Shown here: piece after piece, positions 19,257-28,490 of the stretch
Position numbering within the stretch: the stretch's first letter is position 1
Layout of the letters: each line of letters begins with the position of its first letter
Assembly (NCBI GenBank): GCA_043827405.1
Contig: JBDRPD010000083.1
Location: 160,001 to 224,000, forward strand
DNA: 64,000 bases
From: Elusimicrobiota bacterium
GTDB lineage: Bacteria; Elusimicrobiota; Elusimicrobia; UBA1565
Direction: 5' to 3'
Position numbers and translations under genes: made by a program
Notes under the pieces: generated by a model
The model's input: the letters and a program-made list of their open reading frames with translations, nothing else
What the model was told of the DNA's origin: nothing
The model's database searches: none

Positions 19257-19372
19257 CTGAGGCTAGCAAAGAAATCGGCACGAAGAACAGAGGACGATTC
19301 AAGTATCTTTTCCTCCGTCAGGGATATATACTTTTCGGGAAAAGAGACGCTTATTCCGCTGGATAATATGAC

Positions 19373-20902
19373 ATGACCAAGCAGCCATTGGCCGGGCTCC
19401 ATCGCCCGGTCTCCCCCGACGCTCTGACCTGCGCCGGCTTGGCGACCGGTTTCACGCTGCTGTATTTAAGCTTCTTAAGCCGGTATTACGTCTTCGAGGG
19501 CTTGGCGCGCGCTATGCCGATCGAGGCCGGCCGGTTCCGGGAGCTCTTCAACGCCAACCATATGCTCTACGGCACCGTGGGCTGGTGCTTCCACGGCCTG
19601 CTCAAGATGCTGGGCGTCGTCCAGCTGTCGGTCCATTCACTGCAGCAGTTGGATGCGCTTCTCGGCGCCGCGGGCGTCGGGCTGTTTTTTCTGACTTTGC
19701 GCCGGCTGGATGCGCCGCGCATCACCGCCGCTTTGTGGGCCGCGGCGCTGGGCTTCTTTCTCGGCTATTGGCTCTGGAGCATCGATGCCGAAAATTACAT
19801 CTTTTCCACTTTTCTCCTGCAGCTCAACTTCTTCGCTCTGGTCCGTTATACGCGGCAAAGAAAGGGGCATCCCGTCCTGCTGGGCGCCCTGCATGCCCTG
19901 GCCGTCATGGGACATATCGTCAATGGCGTTTTCGGCGTGGTCGTTTTATGGGTCATCTATCGCACCCACCGGCGCAACTGGCTGCGGCCGGCACTCCTCT
20001 ATGTCGCCGCGGTAGCCGTTCTCACCTTGGGCGCCTATGCCTTGACGCTGGCGGTGATCGTTCGTCCGCAAACCATGGACGAGGCGAGGCGTTGGTTTAT
20101 GGGCAGTGCGGGGAGAACCGATGGGGCATGGAATTGGCGCGGCGGCTATGGCTGGACCAAGCTGGGGCAATGGCTGACGTCGTCGCTCAATGTCATCTGC
20201 TCTTTCAAGAGCGGCTATCAGAACCCGCCTCCCTGGCCGCTGGCCGGTCTCTGGCAATGGATCGCGCGGCTGATGCTCGCCGGTTTCGCCGCCGCCGCTC
20301 TATGGAACCGCCGCCGGATATGGCGCGAGAGCGGAACCGAGCTGGGAGCCTGCCTGCTGTGGGTGGGGGCCTATGCCTGTGTATTCCTCTCCTGGGAACC
20401 GCATATGCTGATGTATCACGTCACCAATACGGTCCCGTTCTGCGTCATCCTCTACCTTTCGTCGCGGGCGATGCGCCTGCCGGCGCCGCGGCAGTACGCG
20501 GCCGCCGGCGTCTTTACCCTTTCTTTAGGCTTAGCCAACTTTTCGGCCGAGGTCCTGCCGCGATCTTATCGGGAGAACAACCCCGCTCTCATGGCTATGG
20601 ATTTTATCCGGAACCATACCGAGGACCGGGCCTGGATCGCGACCGACCTCGACCTGGATCAGCTCTATATCCCCTTCTTCGCCCGGCGGCGGCCGCTGCT
20701 TCTCGGCCGTTACGGGGGGAGCTCCGGGCATGAGCGGCTCTCAGGCGAACTGGACCGGCTGCTGCAGGACGGCCAACGGCTCTACCTGACGTCGAATGTG
20801 CTCGCTATTGAGGAGTGGCGCCGGTACTTCGGCGGCGCTCAGCTTGAGGTCGCGGCGCGTTATGAGGACGGTTTTACGCTCTACCGCCTGCGTGGCAGGT
20901 AA
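19373..20902 (+). CDS. Polytopic membrane protein, probable GT-C (PMT/ArnT-like) glycosyltransferase
   Basis: About 10-11 TM helices, NHMLY and WSIDAENY motifs, soluble C-terminal domain. Confidence 0.6.
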   Translation: MTKQPLAGLHRPVSPDALTCAGLATGFTLLYLSFLSRYYVFEGLARAMPIEAGRFRELFNANHMLYGTVGWCFHGLLKMLGVVQLSVHSLQQLDALLGAAGVGLFFLTLRRLDAPRITAALWAAALGFFLGYWLWSIDAENYIFSTFLLQLNFFALVRYTRQRKGHPVLLGALHALAVMGHIVNGVFGVVVLWVIYRTHRRNWLRPALLYVAAVAVLTLGAYALTLAVIVRPQTMDEARRWFMGSAGRTDGAWNWRGGYGWTKLGQWLTSSLNVICSFKSGYQNPPPWPLAGLWQWIARLMLAGFAAAALWNRRRIWRESGTELGACLLWVGAYACVFLSWEPHMLMYHVTNTVPFCVILYLSSRAMRLPAPRQYAAAGVFTLSLGLANFSAEVLPRSYRENNPALMAMDFIRNHTEDRAWIATDLDLDQLYIPFFARRRPLLLGRYGGSSGHERLSGELDRLLQDGQRLYLTSNVLAIEEWRRYFGGAQLEVAARYEDGFTLYRLRGR

Positions 20903-20907
20903 GGGTA

Positions 20908-20947
20908 TTGACGACTTGATAAATTAATGGTATATTATAATATACCA
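20908..20947 (+). promoter_or_regulatory. Sigma70 promoter overlapped by a perfect 20-bp palindromic operator
   Basis: TTGACG(20908)-N17-TATATT(20931); TGGTATATTA|TAATATACCA at 20928-20947. Confidence 0.8.
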
Positions 20948-20953
20948 CAAATT

Positions 20954-21517
20954 ATGCTTGAATTTAAACAAATAACCAGCCTAAGGAAGAAGAACGAGGT
21001 GTCAGAGCGAGGGCTCGCGCGTATAGTCGGCATGAGCCGGATAACGGTCCGAAAATTCGTATCGGGAGATGGGAATCCCACCCTGCGTACGGTCGAGAAG
21101 TTGGCGAAGGGATTCGGGCGCAAGGCGTGCGTCCTCTTGGAGCCGGATGCCGATTGCTGGGCGGAAATGTCTACGGTAGCCGTTTCGATGCGGACCGCCG
21201 CCGGCGAGGATTGGAAGATCGCTTTTTTCGATCTTGTCGACGCCTTGCGCAGTACGCTGGACTACCGTCTCGTCCTGCTGCCGCCGGTGCGGAAATTGGC
21301 GGACCGTCCGCGGGCGCTGCTGGCGTCCATGGTGTGCGAGCTTTGTCATGAATGCGGATTCACGCCTCCTTCCTGGGCGGACCGGACATATTTTTTGGAC
21401 CAGCCATGGTTCGTCGCGGGGATGCGATCGTTAAAGGCTTGCGCAATTCAGGAATCGCCGCTGTGCTTCCGCCGGAATAATATATTCGTGCTGGCGAATT
21501 TCATGCACCGCGTTTAA
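20954..21517 (+). CDS. XRE/HTH protein, probable antitoxin/autorepressor
   Basis: LRKKNEVSERGLARIVGMSRITV..GNPTLRTVEKLA HTH; C-terminal P.W..FL..PWF..FRRNNIF domain; 1 nt from the nucleotidyltransferase gene. Confidence 0.75.
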   Translation: MLEFKQITSLRKKNEVSERGLARIVGMSRITVRKFVSGDGNPTLRTVEKLAKGFGRKACVLLEPDADCWAEMSTVAVSMRTAAGEDWKIAFFDLVDALRSTLDYRLVLLPPVRKLADRPRALLASMVCELCHECGFTPPSWADRTYFLDQPWFVAGMRSLKACAIQESPLCFRRNNIFVLANFMHRV

Positions 21518-21518
21518 T

Positions 21519-22046
21519 ATGCTGACGACGAAGGAAATCCGCTCTCTCTTCGCCGAGCTCAATGTCCGTCTGGCGGAGGCGGGTATGCGCGGGGAGATCG
21601 GTATCGTGGGCGGCGCCGCGATGTGCCTTGTCTACAACGCGCGCGAATCGACGCGGGATGTCGACGCCGTGTTCGCTCCGGCGGGTGAAATCCGCGCTAT
21701 GGCGGCCAGGATCGCGCAAGAGAAGGGGATCGGAAAAGACTGGCTCAACGATGCCGTCAAAGGATATATCGAAAAGGGATTCGAGCGCGAGATCGTGCTC
21801 CAGCTGTCGCATCTGCATGTCTGGACGCCCGAGCCGCGCTACCTGCTGGCGATGAAGTGCGTCAGCGCGCGTTTCGACTCGCATGACGGCGACGATATCC
21901 GTTTCTTGATCCGGCATCTTGGTTTACGGAAGATCGACCAGGTCTTGTCCGTCATCGAGAAATACTATCCGCGGGATCGCGTGCCGGCGAAGACGAGCTT
22001 CTTCCTGGAAGAGGTGATTGAGGGATTGAATGACCGAAGCGAATAA
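21519..22046 (+). CDS. Nucleotidyltransferase, AbiEii/DUF6036-like putative toxin
   Basis: IVGGAAM, TRDVD, WLND, LLAMK..R..D..DI motifs. Confidence 0.8.
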   Translation: MLTTKEIRSLFAELNVRLAEAGMRGEIGIVGGAAMCLVYNARESTRDVDAVFAPAGEIRAMAARIAQEKGIGKDWLNDAVKGYIEKGFEREIVLQLSHLHVWTPEPRYLLAMKCVSARFDSHDGDDIRFLIRHLGLRKIDQVLSVIEKYYPRDRVPAKTSFFLEEVIEGLNDRSE

Positions 22047-23745
22047 ATCCCTTTACGCCGCGGTCCTCCTGATATTCCTTTCGGGGTTTTGCGCGATCCG
22101 GGCTGTGGACCGCCATTCCCTGACCTACGACGCCGTTAAATACCCCGCTTCGGGCTACGACTATCTGCGCACCCTGCGGCTGCGGACCGATCCCGAGAAC
22201 CCGCCGGTCGGCAAGGTCCTGACCGCCCTGCCCTTCCTGATTATCGACGCCGACCCTCCCCAGCTGACCGACGGCTCCGATGAACGGGGCTTCGACACCG
22301 GCTGGCGCTTCTTCTTTCGCAACAAGGTTCCCGGCGATGTGCTCGCCTACTACGCCCGTCTGCCCGCGGTCGCCGCCGGGATGCTGCTGGCGCTGACGCT
22401 GTTTCTCTTCGCCCGGCGGCGCTTCAGCGGTTGGGGTTCGCTGGTCGCCTTGGTCTTTCTGCTCGCCGGGCCGATGTACCGGGCGCTGACGACTTTGGCG
22501 ACGACCGACATCTTCCTGGCGCTGTTTTTTCTGTCGGCGGTCTATTGGCTCGACAGGGAGCTGGAGGGCGAGAGGCCCAATCAGCACTACCTAAGCGGAG
22601 CGGGGATCTTCGCGGCGGCGGCGGTGCTGACCAAATTCTCGGGCCTGCTGTTTTATCCATTGGCCGCCGCTGCCGTTCTGCGCCGGCGCCGGCTCATGCT
22701 GGGAATCCTGGATCTGATCGTCCTCGGCATGCCGCTGCTGATTCTCAGCACCATGCTCTACGGCTCCGATTTCGGCCGCTTGTGGGAGGGAGTGCTGTTT
22801 CAGAAGACGGTGCTCTCCCGGGGGCCGCACCTGACTTTCTTCTGGGATGTCTTGGAGAAGCGGGCCTGGCCGCAGTACTATTTGGTCTCGTTTTTCCTCA
22901 AGACGCCGTATCCCTTCCTGCTGGCGCTGGCCGCCGGCCTTTTCTTTTGGGTTCGCACCCCGGAACGCCGCCAGATCGTCCTGGTGGCGGCGCCGTTTTT
23001 GCTCTTTCTGGCGGCGGCGAGCGGCAACCGCTTCTACGCCACGCGCTACCTGTTCCCCGTCTATCCTCTGCTGGCTTTGACCGCGGCGGCGGCCTGGGAC
23101 TTCGGCCGCCGGCGCGGCAAGGTCCTGATCCTGATTTTGGCCGCCTGGCAGGTTGGGGAAGCAGCCTGGGCCTATCCGCATTACCTTTCCTACATGAACC
23201 TGCCGTGGCGGGCGCAGGGCCACCGCTACCTGGCCAACTCGGATTTCGACTGGGGCCAGGACTTGCCGGCGCTGGCTGATTTCCTGACGCTGGAGAGGCG
23301 GCCGCCGCTGCAGCTCTGCTACTTCGGCACCTCCGATCCCGAGGCTTGGGGCATCGAGGCGCAGCAGCTGGCAACGGTCTCCAAGTCCTATGTCTCGGAC
23401 ACGGTGCTGCCGTTGGCGCCGGAGCGGGAGCTCCTGGCGGTAAGCGCCGGCTGCCGGCAGTACATGACCGTGCGCGCGGGTGCGGAGACGCTGCGCGCCT
23501 GGGCCTGGCTCGATAAGCGGCGGCCGATCAAGGTCGTGGCGGGCACTTTCTTCATCTATGATATCCGCGACGACGCCGAGGCGCATGGACGTATCGGCCA
23601 GCTGCATGCCGCGCAGGGCGACCTCCGCAAAGCCCTGCGCGAGGCCCAGCGGGTTCTCGAGATCGAACCCGGCAGCGCCGAGGGCAAGGCCTTCCTCTCC
23701 TTCGTGCGCGGGCGAATGGGCGGTGAGGCAGGTTTGATACAATGA
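22030..23745 (+). CDS. GT39/ArnT-like membrane glycosyltransferase with C-terminal TPR
   Basis: SLTYD, ENPPVGK, LATTD, TKFSG, RYLFP, NSDFDWGQDL; terminal TPR. Confidence 0.8.
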   Translation: MTEANKSLYAAVLLIFLSGFCAIRAVDRHSLTYDAVKYPASGYDYLRTLRLRTDPENPPVGKVLTALPFLIIDADPPQLTDGSDERGFDTGWRFFFRNKVPGDVLAYYARLPAVAAGMLLALTLFLFARRRFSGWGSLVALVFLLAGPMYRALTTLATTDIFLALFFLSAVYWLDRELEGERPNQHYLSGAGIFAAAAVLTKFSGLLFYPLAAAAVLRRRRLMLGILDLIVLGMPLLILSTMLYGSDFGRLWEGVLFQKTVLSRGPHLTFFWDVLEKRAWPQYYLVSFFLKTPYPFLLALAAGLFFWVRTPERRQIVLVAAPFLLFLAAASGNRFYATRYLFPVYPLLALTAAAAWDFGRRRGKVLILILAAWQVGEAAWAYPHYLSYMNLPWRAQGHRYLANSDFDWGQDLPALADFLTLERRPPLQLCYFGTSDPEAWGIEAQQLATVSKSYVSDTVLPLAPERELLAVSAGCRQYMTVRAGAETLRAWAWLDKRRPIKVVAGTFFIYDIRDDAEAHGRIGQLHAAQGDLRKALREAQRVLEIEPGSAEGKAFLSFVRGRMGGEAGLIQ

Positions 23746-25190
23746 GTGTCATGCCGAAGCTGCGATTTTTTAATACGCTGACGCGTTCCGTTGAAGATTT
23801 CACGCCGGCGCGTGAAGACGGGATCGTCCGCCTCTACACCTGCGGACCGACCGTCTACGACTACCTGCATGTCGGCAACTACCGGACCTATATTTTTGAA
23901 GATGTCCTCAAGCGGACGCTCAAGCTCTTCGGCCTTCCGGTGCGCCACGTCATGAACATTACCGACGTCGGACATCTGACCAGCGACGCGGACGAGGGCG
24001 AGGACAAGCTCGAGCTCGGCGCCAAGCGCGAAGGCAAGACCGCCTGGGATATCGCCCGCTTCTATGAGCAGACCTTTATCGAGGACATTAAGAAGCTCAA
24101 TATCGACTTCGCTCCCGAGCCGGACCCGGCGCGGGAGGATGCCCCGCGCGCGGCCGATATCCTGTGCCGCGCCACCGACCATATCAACGAGCAGGCGGCC
24201 ATGGTCGACCGGCTGGTGCTTAACCGCTTCACCTACGATACCGCGGACGGCATCTACTTCGACACCTCCATGCTCCCGGACTACGGCAAGCTGGCGGGGG
24301 CGGCGCATATCGCGGGCCTGCAGGAGGGCGCGCGCGTCGCTATGGGAGAGAAGCGCAATTCGACCGACTTCGCGTTGTGGAAGTTCTCGCCCAAGGGCGA
24401 GCAGCGCCAGATGGAGTGGGAGTACCGCGGCCGCAAGGGCTTCCCCGGCTGGCATATCGAATGCTCGTCGATGGGGCAGACTTATCTGGGGGAGTCCTTC
24501 GACATCCACTGCGGCGGGGTCGACCATATCCCGATCCATCACACCAACGAGATCGCCCAGGCCGAGGCGGCGACTGGCAAGCCCTTTGTCCGCTGCTGGA
24601 TGCATGCCGAGTTCCTGATAATGAACAAGGCCAAGATGGCCAAGTCGGCCGGCGGCTTTATCAAGCTCGCCGATCTCGAAGAGAAGCGCATCGACCCGCT
24701 CGACTACCGCTACTTCTGCTTCGGCGCCCACTACCGCAAGCAGCTGGAGTTCTCCTGGGAAGGCCTGCAGGCGGCGCGTACCGCGCGCCGGCGGCTGCGC
24801 GACCGGGTGCGGGGCTGGCTCGCCGAGTCCGCGGCGGGCGTGGAGAGCGCGGCGGTGGCCCAGGCGCGGCGGGACTTCTCCGCGACGCTGGCCGACGATC
24901 TGAACGTGCCCGAGGCGCTGGCCTGCGTATACGGCGTGCTCGATAATCTCGGCAGTGCGGGTGAGCGCATCGCTTTCCTGCGGGAAGCCGAGAAGGTCCT
25001 CGCTTTGGGGCTGTTTGCCGCTGCTAAAGAAGAATGCCTGCCGGGCGACGTGCAGCGGGCATTCGAGGACTACGTCGCCGCCCGCCGTGATAAGAACTTC
25101 GCGGTTTCCGACGCCCTGCGCTCCAAGCTTAAGGACTGCGGGATTCAGGTACTGGATTCCAAGGATGGTTCCAGCTGGAGGCGTTTATGA
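23742..25190 (+). CDS. cysS: Cysteine--tRNA ligase
   Basis: YTCGPTVYDYLHVGN, DFALWK, GFPGWHIECS, DIHCGGVDH..HHTNEIAQ, KMAKS. Confidence 0.98.
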   Translation: MSVMPKLRFFNTLTRSVEDFTPAREDGIVRLYTCGPTVYDYLHVGNYRTYIFEDVLKRTLKLFGLPVRHVMNITDVGHLTSDADEGEDKLELGAKREGKTAWDIARFYEQTFIEDIKKLNIDFAPEPDPAREDAPRAADILCRATDHINEQAAMVDRLVLNRFTYDTADGIYFDTSMLPDYGKLAGAAHIAGLQEGARVAMGEKRNSTDFALWKFSPKGEQRQMEWEYRGRKGFPGWHIECSSMGQTYLGESFDIHCGGVDHIPIHHTNEIAQAEAATGKPFVRCWMHAEFLIMNKAKMAKSAGGFIKLADLEEKRIDPLDYRYFCFGAHYRKQLEFSWEGLQAARTARRRLRDRVRGWLAESAAGVESAAVAQARRDFSATLADDLNVPEALACVYGVLDNLGSAGERIAFLREAEKVLALGLFAAAKEECLPGDVQRAFEDYVAARRDKNFAVSDALRSKLKDCGIQVLDSKDGSSWRRL

Positions 25191-26020
25191 GAAAGGAAAA
25201 ACCTGGACGCCGCCGCTGGGCGGGCGACAAGGGGAGACCGGCGCGGCGGGGCAGGGCGGGCGACTTCGCGCGTCAGCTCAAGGAGGACGAGCGCTGGGTC
25301 TTCGGCCGGCATGTGGTCGAGGAGGTGATCGACTCGCGCCGGTGCCGGGTGCTGAGCCTGTGGGCGATCGACGGCGACAAGTACGCCGACCTTCTGCGCC
25401 GCGTCCGCAAGCGCGGCACCCGGGTCTCCGTCGTGCCGAAGAAGGAGCTCGACCGCATTACCAACGGCGGGGCGCATCAGGGGCTGGCGGCCAAGATCGC
25501 CGACAAGCCCGGCGCCGCGCTGGAGGATTACCTGGAGGCGCTGTCGCCCGCCGAGAAGGCGAAAGCCGTCATCGTCGTCCTCGACCAGATACAGGACCCG
25601 CACAATTTCGGCGCCATTTCCCGCAGCGCGGTTTGTCTGGGCGCGAGCGCCTTGGTCTATCCGCAGCGGCGCAGCGCCCCGCTGACCCAGGCGGTGCATG
25701 CCGCGTCGGCCGGCGCCATATCCAAAATCAAGACCTTTTCCGTCGTGAACCTCGCCCAGACCTTGGAGCTGTTCAAGCGGGCGGAATTTTGGATCTACGG
25801 CGCGGATGTCGCCGGCCGGCCGCTGGCCGGGACGCGCTTTAACCGGCCGCTGGTGCTGGTGATCGGCTCCGAGGGCCAGGGCATCCGTCCGTTGGTGCGG
25901 CGCTGCTGCGACGAGCTGGTCTCCATCCCGCAGGCCGCGGGCGGCGTGCAGAGCCTCAACGCCTCCTGTGCGGCGAGCGTACTGCTTTACGAAGCCGCCC
26001 GCCAAGGGGCGAAGGGGTAG
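25187..26020 (+). CDS. rlmB: 23S rRNA (Gm2251) methyltransferase RlmB (SpoU family)
   Basis: HQG, LDQIQDPHNFGAI.RS, IGSEGQG, SLNAS; follows cysS. Confidence 0.93.
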   Translation: MRKEKPGRRRWAGDKGRPARRGRAGDFARQLKEDERWVFGRHVVEEVIDSRRCRVLSLWAIDGDKYADLLRRVRKRGTRVSVVPKKELDRITNGGAHQGLAAKIADKPGAALEDYLEALSPAEKAKAVIVVLDQIQDPHNFGAISRSAVCLGASALVYPQRRSAPLTQAVHAASAGAISKIKTFSVVNLAQTLELFKRAEFWIYGADVAGRPLAGTRFNRPLVLVIGSEGQGIRPLVRRCCDELVSIPQAAGGVQSLNASCAASVLLYEAARQGAKG

Positions 26021-26901
26021 TGTCCGCGACCCAGCCTACCGGTCTCGAGCATGCGAGCGGGGAGACCGCCATCCGGCCGCTCGCGCTCGCCTTCGCCATC
26101 ACCTTCTGCATCTTCCTGCTCGAGTTCGGCGGCGGCATATGGTGCGGCTCGCTGGCCCTGGTCGCCGATGCCATGCATATGGCGGTGGACCTCGTCGCTC
26201 TGGCCCTCGGCCTGTTCGCCGCTTGGGCGGCGGGCCGGCCGGCGGACGACAAGCGAACTTTCGGCTATCATCGCGTTGAGGTTCTGGCGGCGCTGGGCAA
26301 CGGCATCGGCCTGTGGATCATCGTCGGCGTGCTGCTGCATGAGGCCTGGGGCCGGTTCAATGCGCCGCGCGACGTGCGTGTCGTGGAGATGATTATCATC
26401 GCGGTCATCGGTTTGGCCGCCAACCTCATCGCGGCGGCGCTCCTTTTTCGCCACAGCCACAACAACCTCAACGTTAAGGGCGTGCTGCTGCACGTGCTCT
26501 CCGACGCCTTGGGTTCGATCGGCGCCATCGCCGCGGGTATCGCGATGTGGGCGGGCGGCTGGATGATCGCGGACTCCCTGGCCACCGTTTTTATTTGCGT
26601 TGTGATTACCTTTACATCCTATAAGCTGATCCGCGAATCGATTCATATCCTGCTCGAGGGGGCGCCGGCTGATGTGGACATCGGTGCGCTGCGCCGCTCC
26701 CTTGGCAGCCTCGAAGGCGTGGTCGAGGTCCACGACCTGCATCTGTGGTCGTTATGCTCGGGCAGCGCGTCGATGAGCGGCCATCTCGTGATTGAGCCCG
26801 GACGGGACGAGCAGGCGGTGCGTCTCGCGGGCGCCGAACTCCTGCGGCGGGAATTCGGGCTCACCCATCTGACCCTGCAGATAGAAAGACGCGGAGACTA
26901 G
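26020..26901 (+). CDS. Cation diffusion facilitator (CzcD/ZitB-like)
   Basis: SLALVADAMHM..D, TFGYHRVE, LHVLSD.LGS, VHDLHLWSL. Confidence 0.93.
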   Translation: MSATQPTGLEHASGETAIRPLALAFAITFCIFLLEFGGGIWCGSLALVADAMHMAVDLVALALGLFAAWAAGRPADDKRTFGYHRVEVLAALGNGIGLWIIVGVLLHEAWGRFNAPRDVRVVEMIIIAVIGLAANLIAAALLFRHSHNNLNVKGVLLHVLSDALGSIGAIAAGIAMWAGGWMIADSLATVFICVVITFTSYKLIRESIHILLEGAPADVDIGALRRSLGSLEGVVEVHDLHLWSLCSGSASMSGHLVIEPGRDEQAVRLAGAELLRREFGLTHLTLQIERRGD

Positions 26902-27284
26902 CCTTTTGCCATGAGCTCGAAGATGCGGTCGAGCTTGTTCTTGATGATCTCCACGTCGATCGGCTTGACCACGTAGTCGATGGCGCCGAACAGGATGGCG
27001 TCGTTGAGGGTGGCGGCGTCGCTGAGGCCGCTGACTACCAGGATGGGGATATGCGCGGTTTCCGGATCGGAGCGGATCTCCTGGGTGAGGCTGATCCCGT
27101 CCTGGTCCGGCATCATGATATCCATGAGGATGGCATCGGGCTTGTGCTTTTTGAGGGCTTCCCGGCACTTGCCCGCGCTGGAAGCGCAGACGACGTCGAA
27201 GCCGACGATGGGGAGTCCCTTTTCGTAGATGTCGCAGACGGATGCGTCATCATCGACGGCGAGTATCAGTTTCTTGTCAGGCAT
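26898..27284 (-). CDS. Single-domain response regulator
   Basis: AVDDD, MDIMMP, VSG and KP receiver motifs. Confidence 0.92.
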   Translation of the reverse strand: MPDKKLILAVDDDASVCDIYEKGLPIVGFDVVCASSAGKCREALKKHKPDAILMDIMMPDQDGISLTQEIRSDPETAHIPILVVSGLSDAATLNDAILFGAIDYVVKPIDVEIIKNKLDRIFELMAKG

Positions 27285-27780
27285 GACCGGTGTCCTCTTT
27301 TCCCCGTTGGATCCAGGAGCCGATCGGGGCGTACGCGCTCCCTTTCCGATACGCTAAGTATGCCAGGCATAGCAGCACGCTGTCCAGGGTCAGCGCCTGG
27401 GCCGGCGTCAGGTGAAAGCCGCCGAAGCAGCCGCAGCTCTCCAGGGGGACGCCGCGCACGAGCGTCGAGGCGAGCGCGCCGATGAACATCAGGAAGAGGG
27501 CGCCCGCCGTCGCCGCCGAGAGCCGGCACAGGTAGCCGCCCAGAAGCGCCAGGCCGAGCAGGATCTCCACCGGCGGCAGCGCCCGTGCCATGTTTAACGC
27601 CATTTCGGGCGATATGAGATGGTAGGCCTCGATTATGACCGCGAATTCTTCGGCCGGCGCCGCAGCCTTCTGCAGCCCCGAAACCAGAAAGACCGCGGCC
27701 AGCAAGGTGCGCGCCGCCGCTCCCGGGATGTCCCAGGCAGGAGACGACGGCGGCTCGTTCTTTTTGCGCTGCTTGCTCAT
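27277..27780 (-). CDS. MauE/DoxX-family membrane protein
   Basis: R..LA.VF..SG..K, LPPVE, CGCFG. Confidence 0.88.
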   Translation of the reverse strand: MSKQRKKNEPPSSPAWDIPGAAARTLLAAVFLVSGLQKAAAPAEEFAVIIEAYHLISPEMALNMARALPPVEILLGLALLGGYLCRLSAATAGALFLMFIGALASTLVRGVPLESCGCFGGFHLTPAQALTLDSVLLCLAYLAYRKGSAYAPIGSWIQRGKEDTGHA

Positions 27781-28433
27781 TTTCCCTTGAGGATGTTTTC
27801 GATATGGTTTAGGCCGTGGGTGCGCAGCTGGAGGTCCCCGACGAAGCGGCGGCCGTTGATGATGAAAGTCGGAGTCGAGCCGACCCAGCGTTTTTTGGCT
27901 TCCTTAAACTCCGCATCCACCGCCTCGCCGACCGCGGGGGTGTCCAGGCAGGCGGCAAAAGCCGCTTCATCCAGCTTGAGCTCCTTGGCGAAGGTGAAAA
28001 AGACGCCGCGTACCTCGTCTTTCTTCGTCTTCACTGTCCATTGGTGCTGCCGGGCGAACAGGCGGTCGTGAAAACCCCAGAAATCGCCGCCCTTGCCCGC
28101 GCATTCGGCGGCAATGGCGGCGTCGCGGGCCCAGTCGTGAAAATCCCAGGGGAAGTGCTTGAATATAATGCGGACCTTGCCGGGGAACAAGATCTGCGCG
28201 AACTTGCCGACGGTGGGGGCCGCAACCCGGCAGGCCGGACATTGAAAATCGGAGTACTCGGCGATGATTACGGCCGCGTCGGCGGGGCCCTTTTGGCGGT
28301 AGGCGGGGGCATCCGGCACGTATGGGGTCGATTTGCCGCGAACGGCGCAGGCCAGCGCCGCCGTCGCGGCCAGCAGGGCCGCGCCCGCGAATAGTCTTCG
28401 TCCCGACTTGGTCGTTGGCAGCATTCGCGCCAT
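27777..28433 (-). CDS. DsbA-family thioredoxin-fold protein
   Basis: EYSDFQCPAC, FKHFP, STPTFIING. Start may be ATG 28424. Confidence 0.9.
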   Translation of the reverse strand: MARMLPTTKSGRRLFAGAALLAATAALACAVRGKSTPYVPDAPAYRQKGPADAAVIIAEYSDFQCPACRVAAPTVGKFAQILFPGKVRIIFKHFPWDFHDWARDAAIAAECAGKGGDFWGFHDRLFARQHQWTVKTKKDEVRGVFFTFAKELKLDEAAFAACLDTPAVGEAVDAEFKEAKKRWVGSTPTFIINGRRFVGDLQLRTHGLNHIENILKGK

Positions 28434-28439
28434 AATAGC

Positions 28440-28477
28440 AAAAAGACCTCCCGGCGCAGTGCCGGGAGGTCCTTTTT
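28440..28477 (-). terminator. Intrinsic terminator after the subtilisin gene (possibly bidirectional)
   Basis: GACCTCCCGGC-N5-GCCGGGAGGTC stem flanked by A and T tracts. Confidence 0.85.
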
Positions 28478-28490
28478 GCCGAATAATCGC

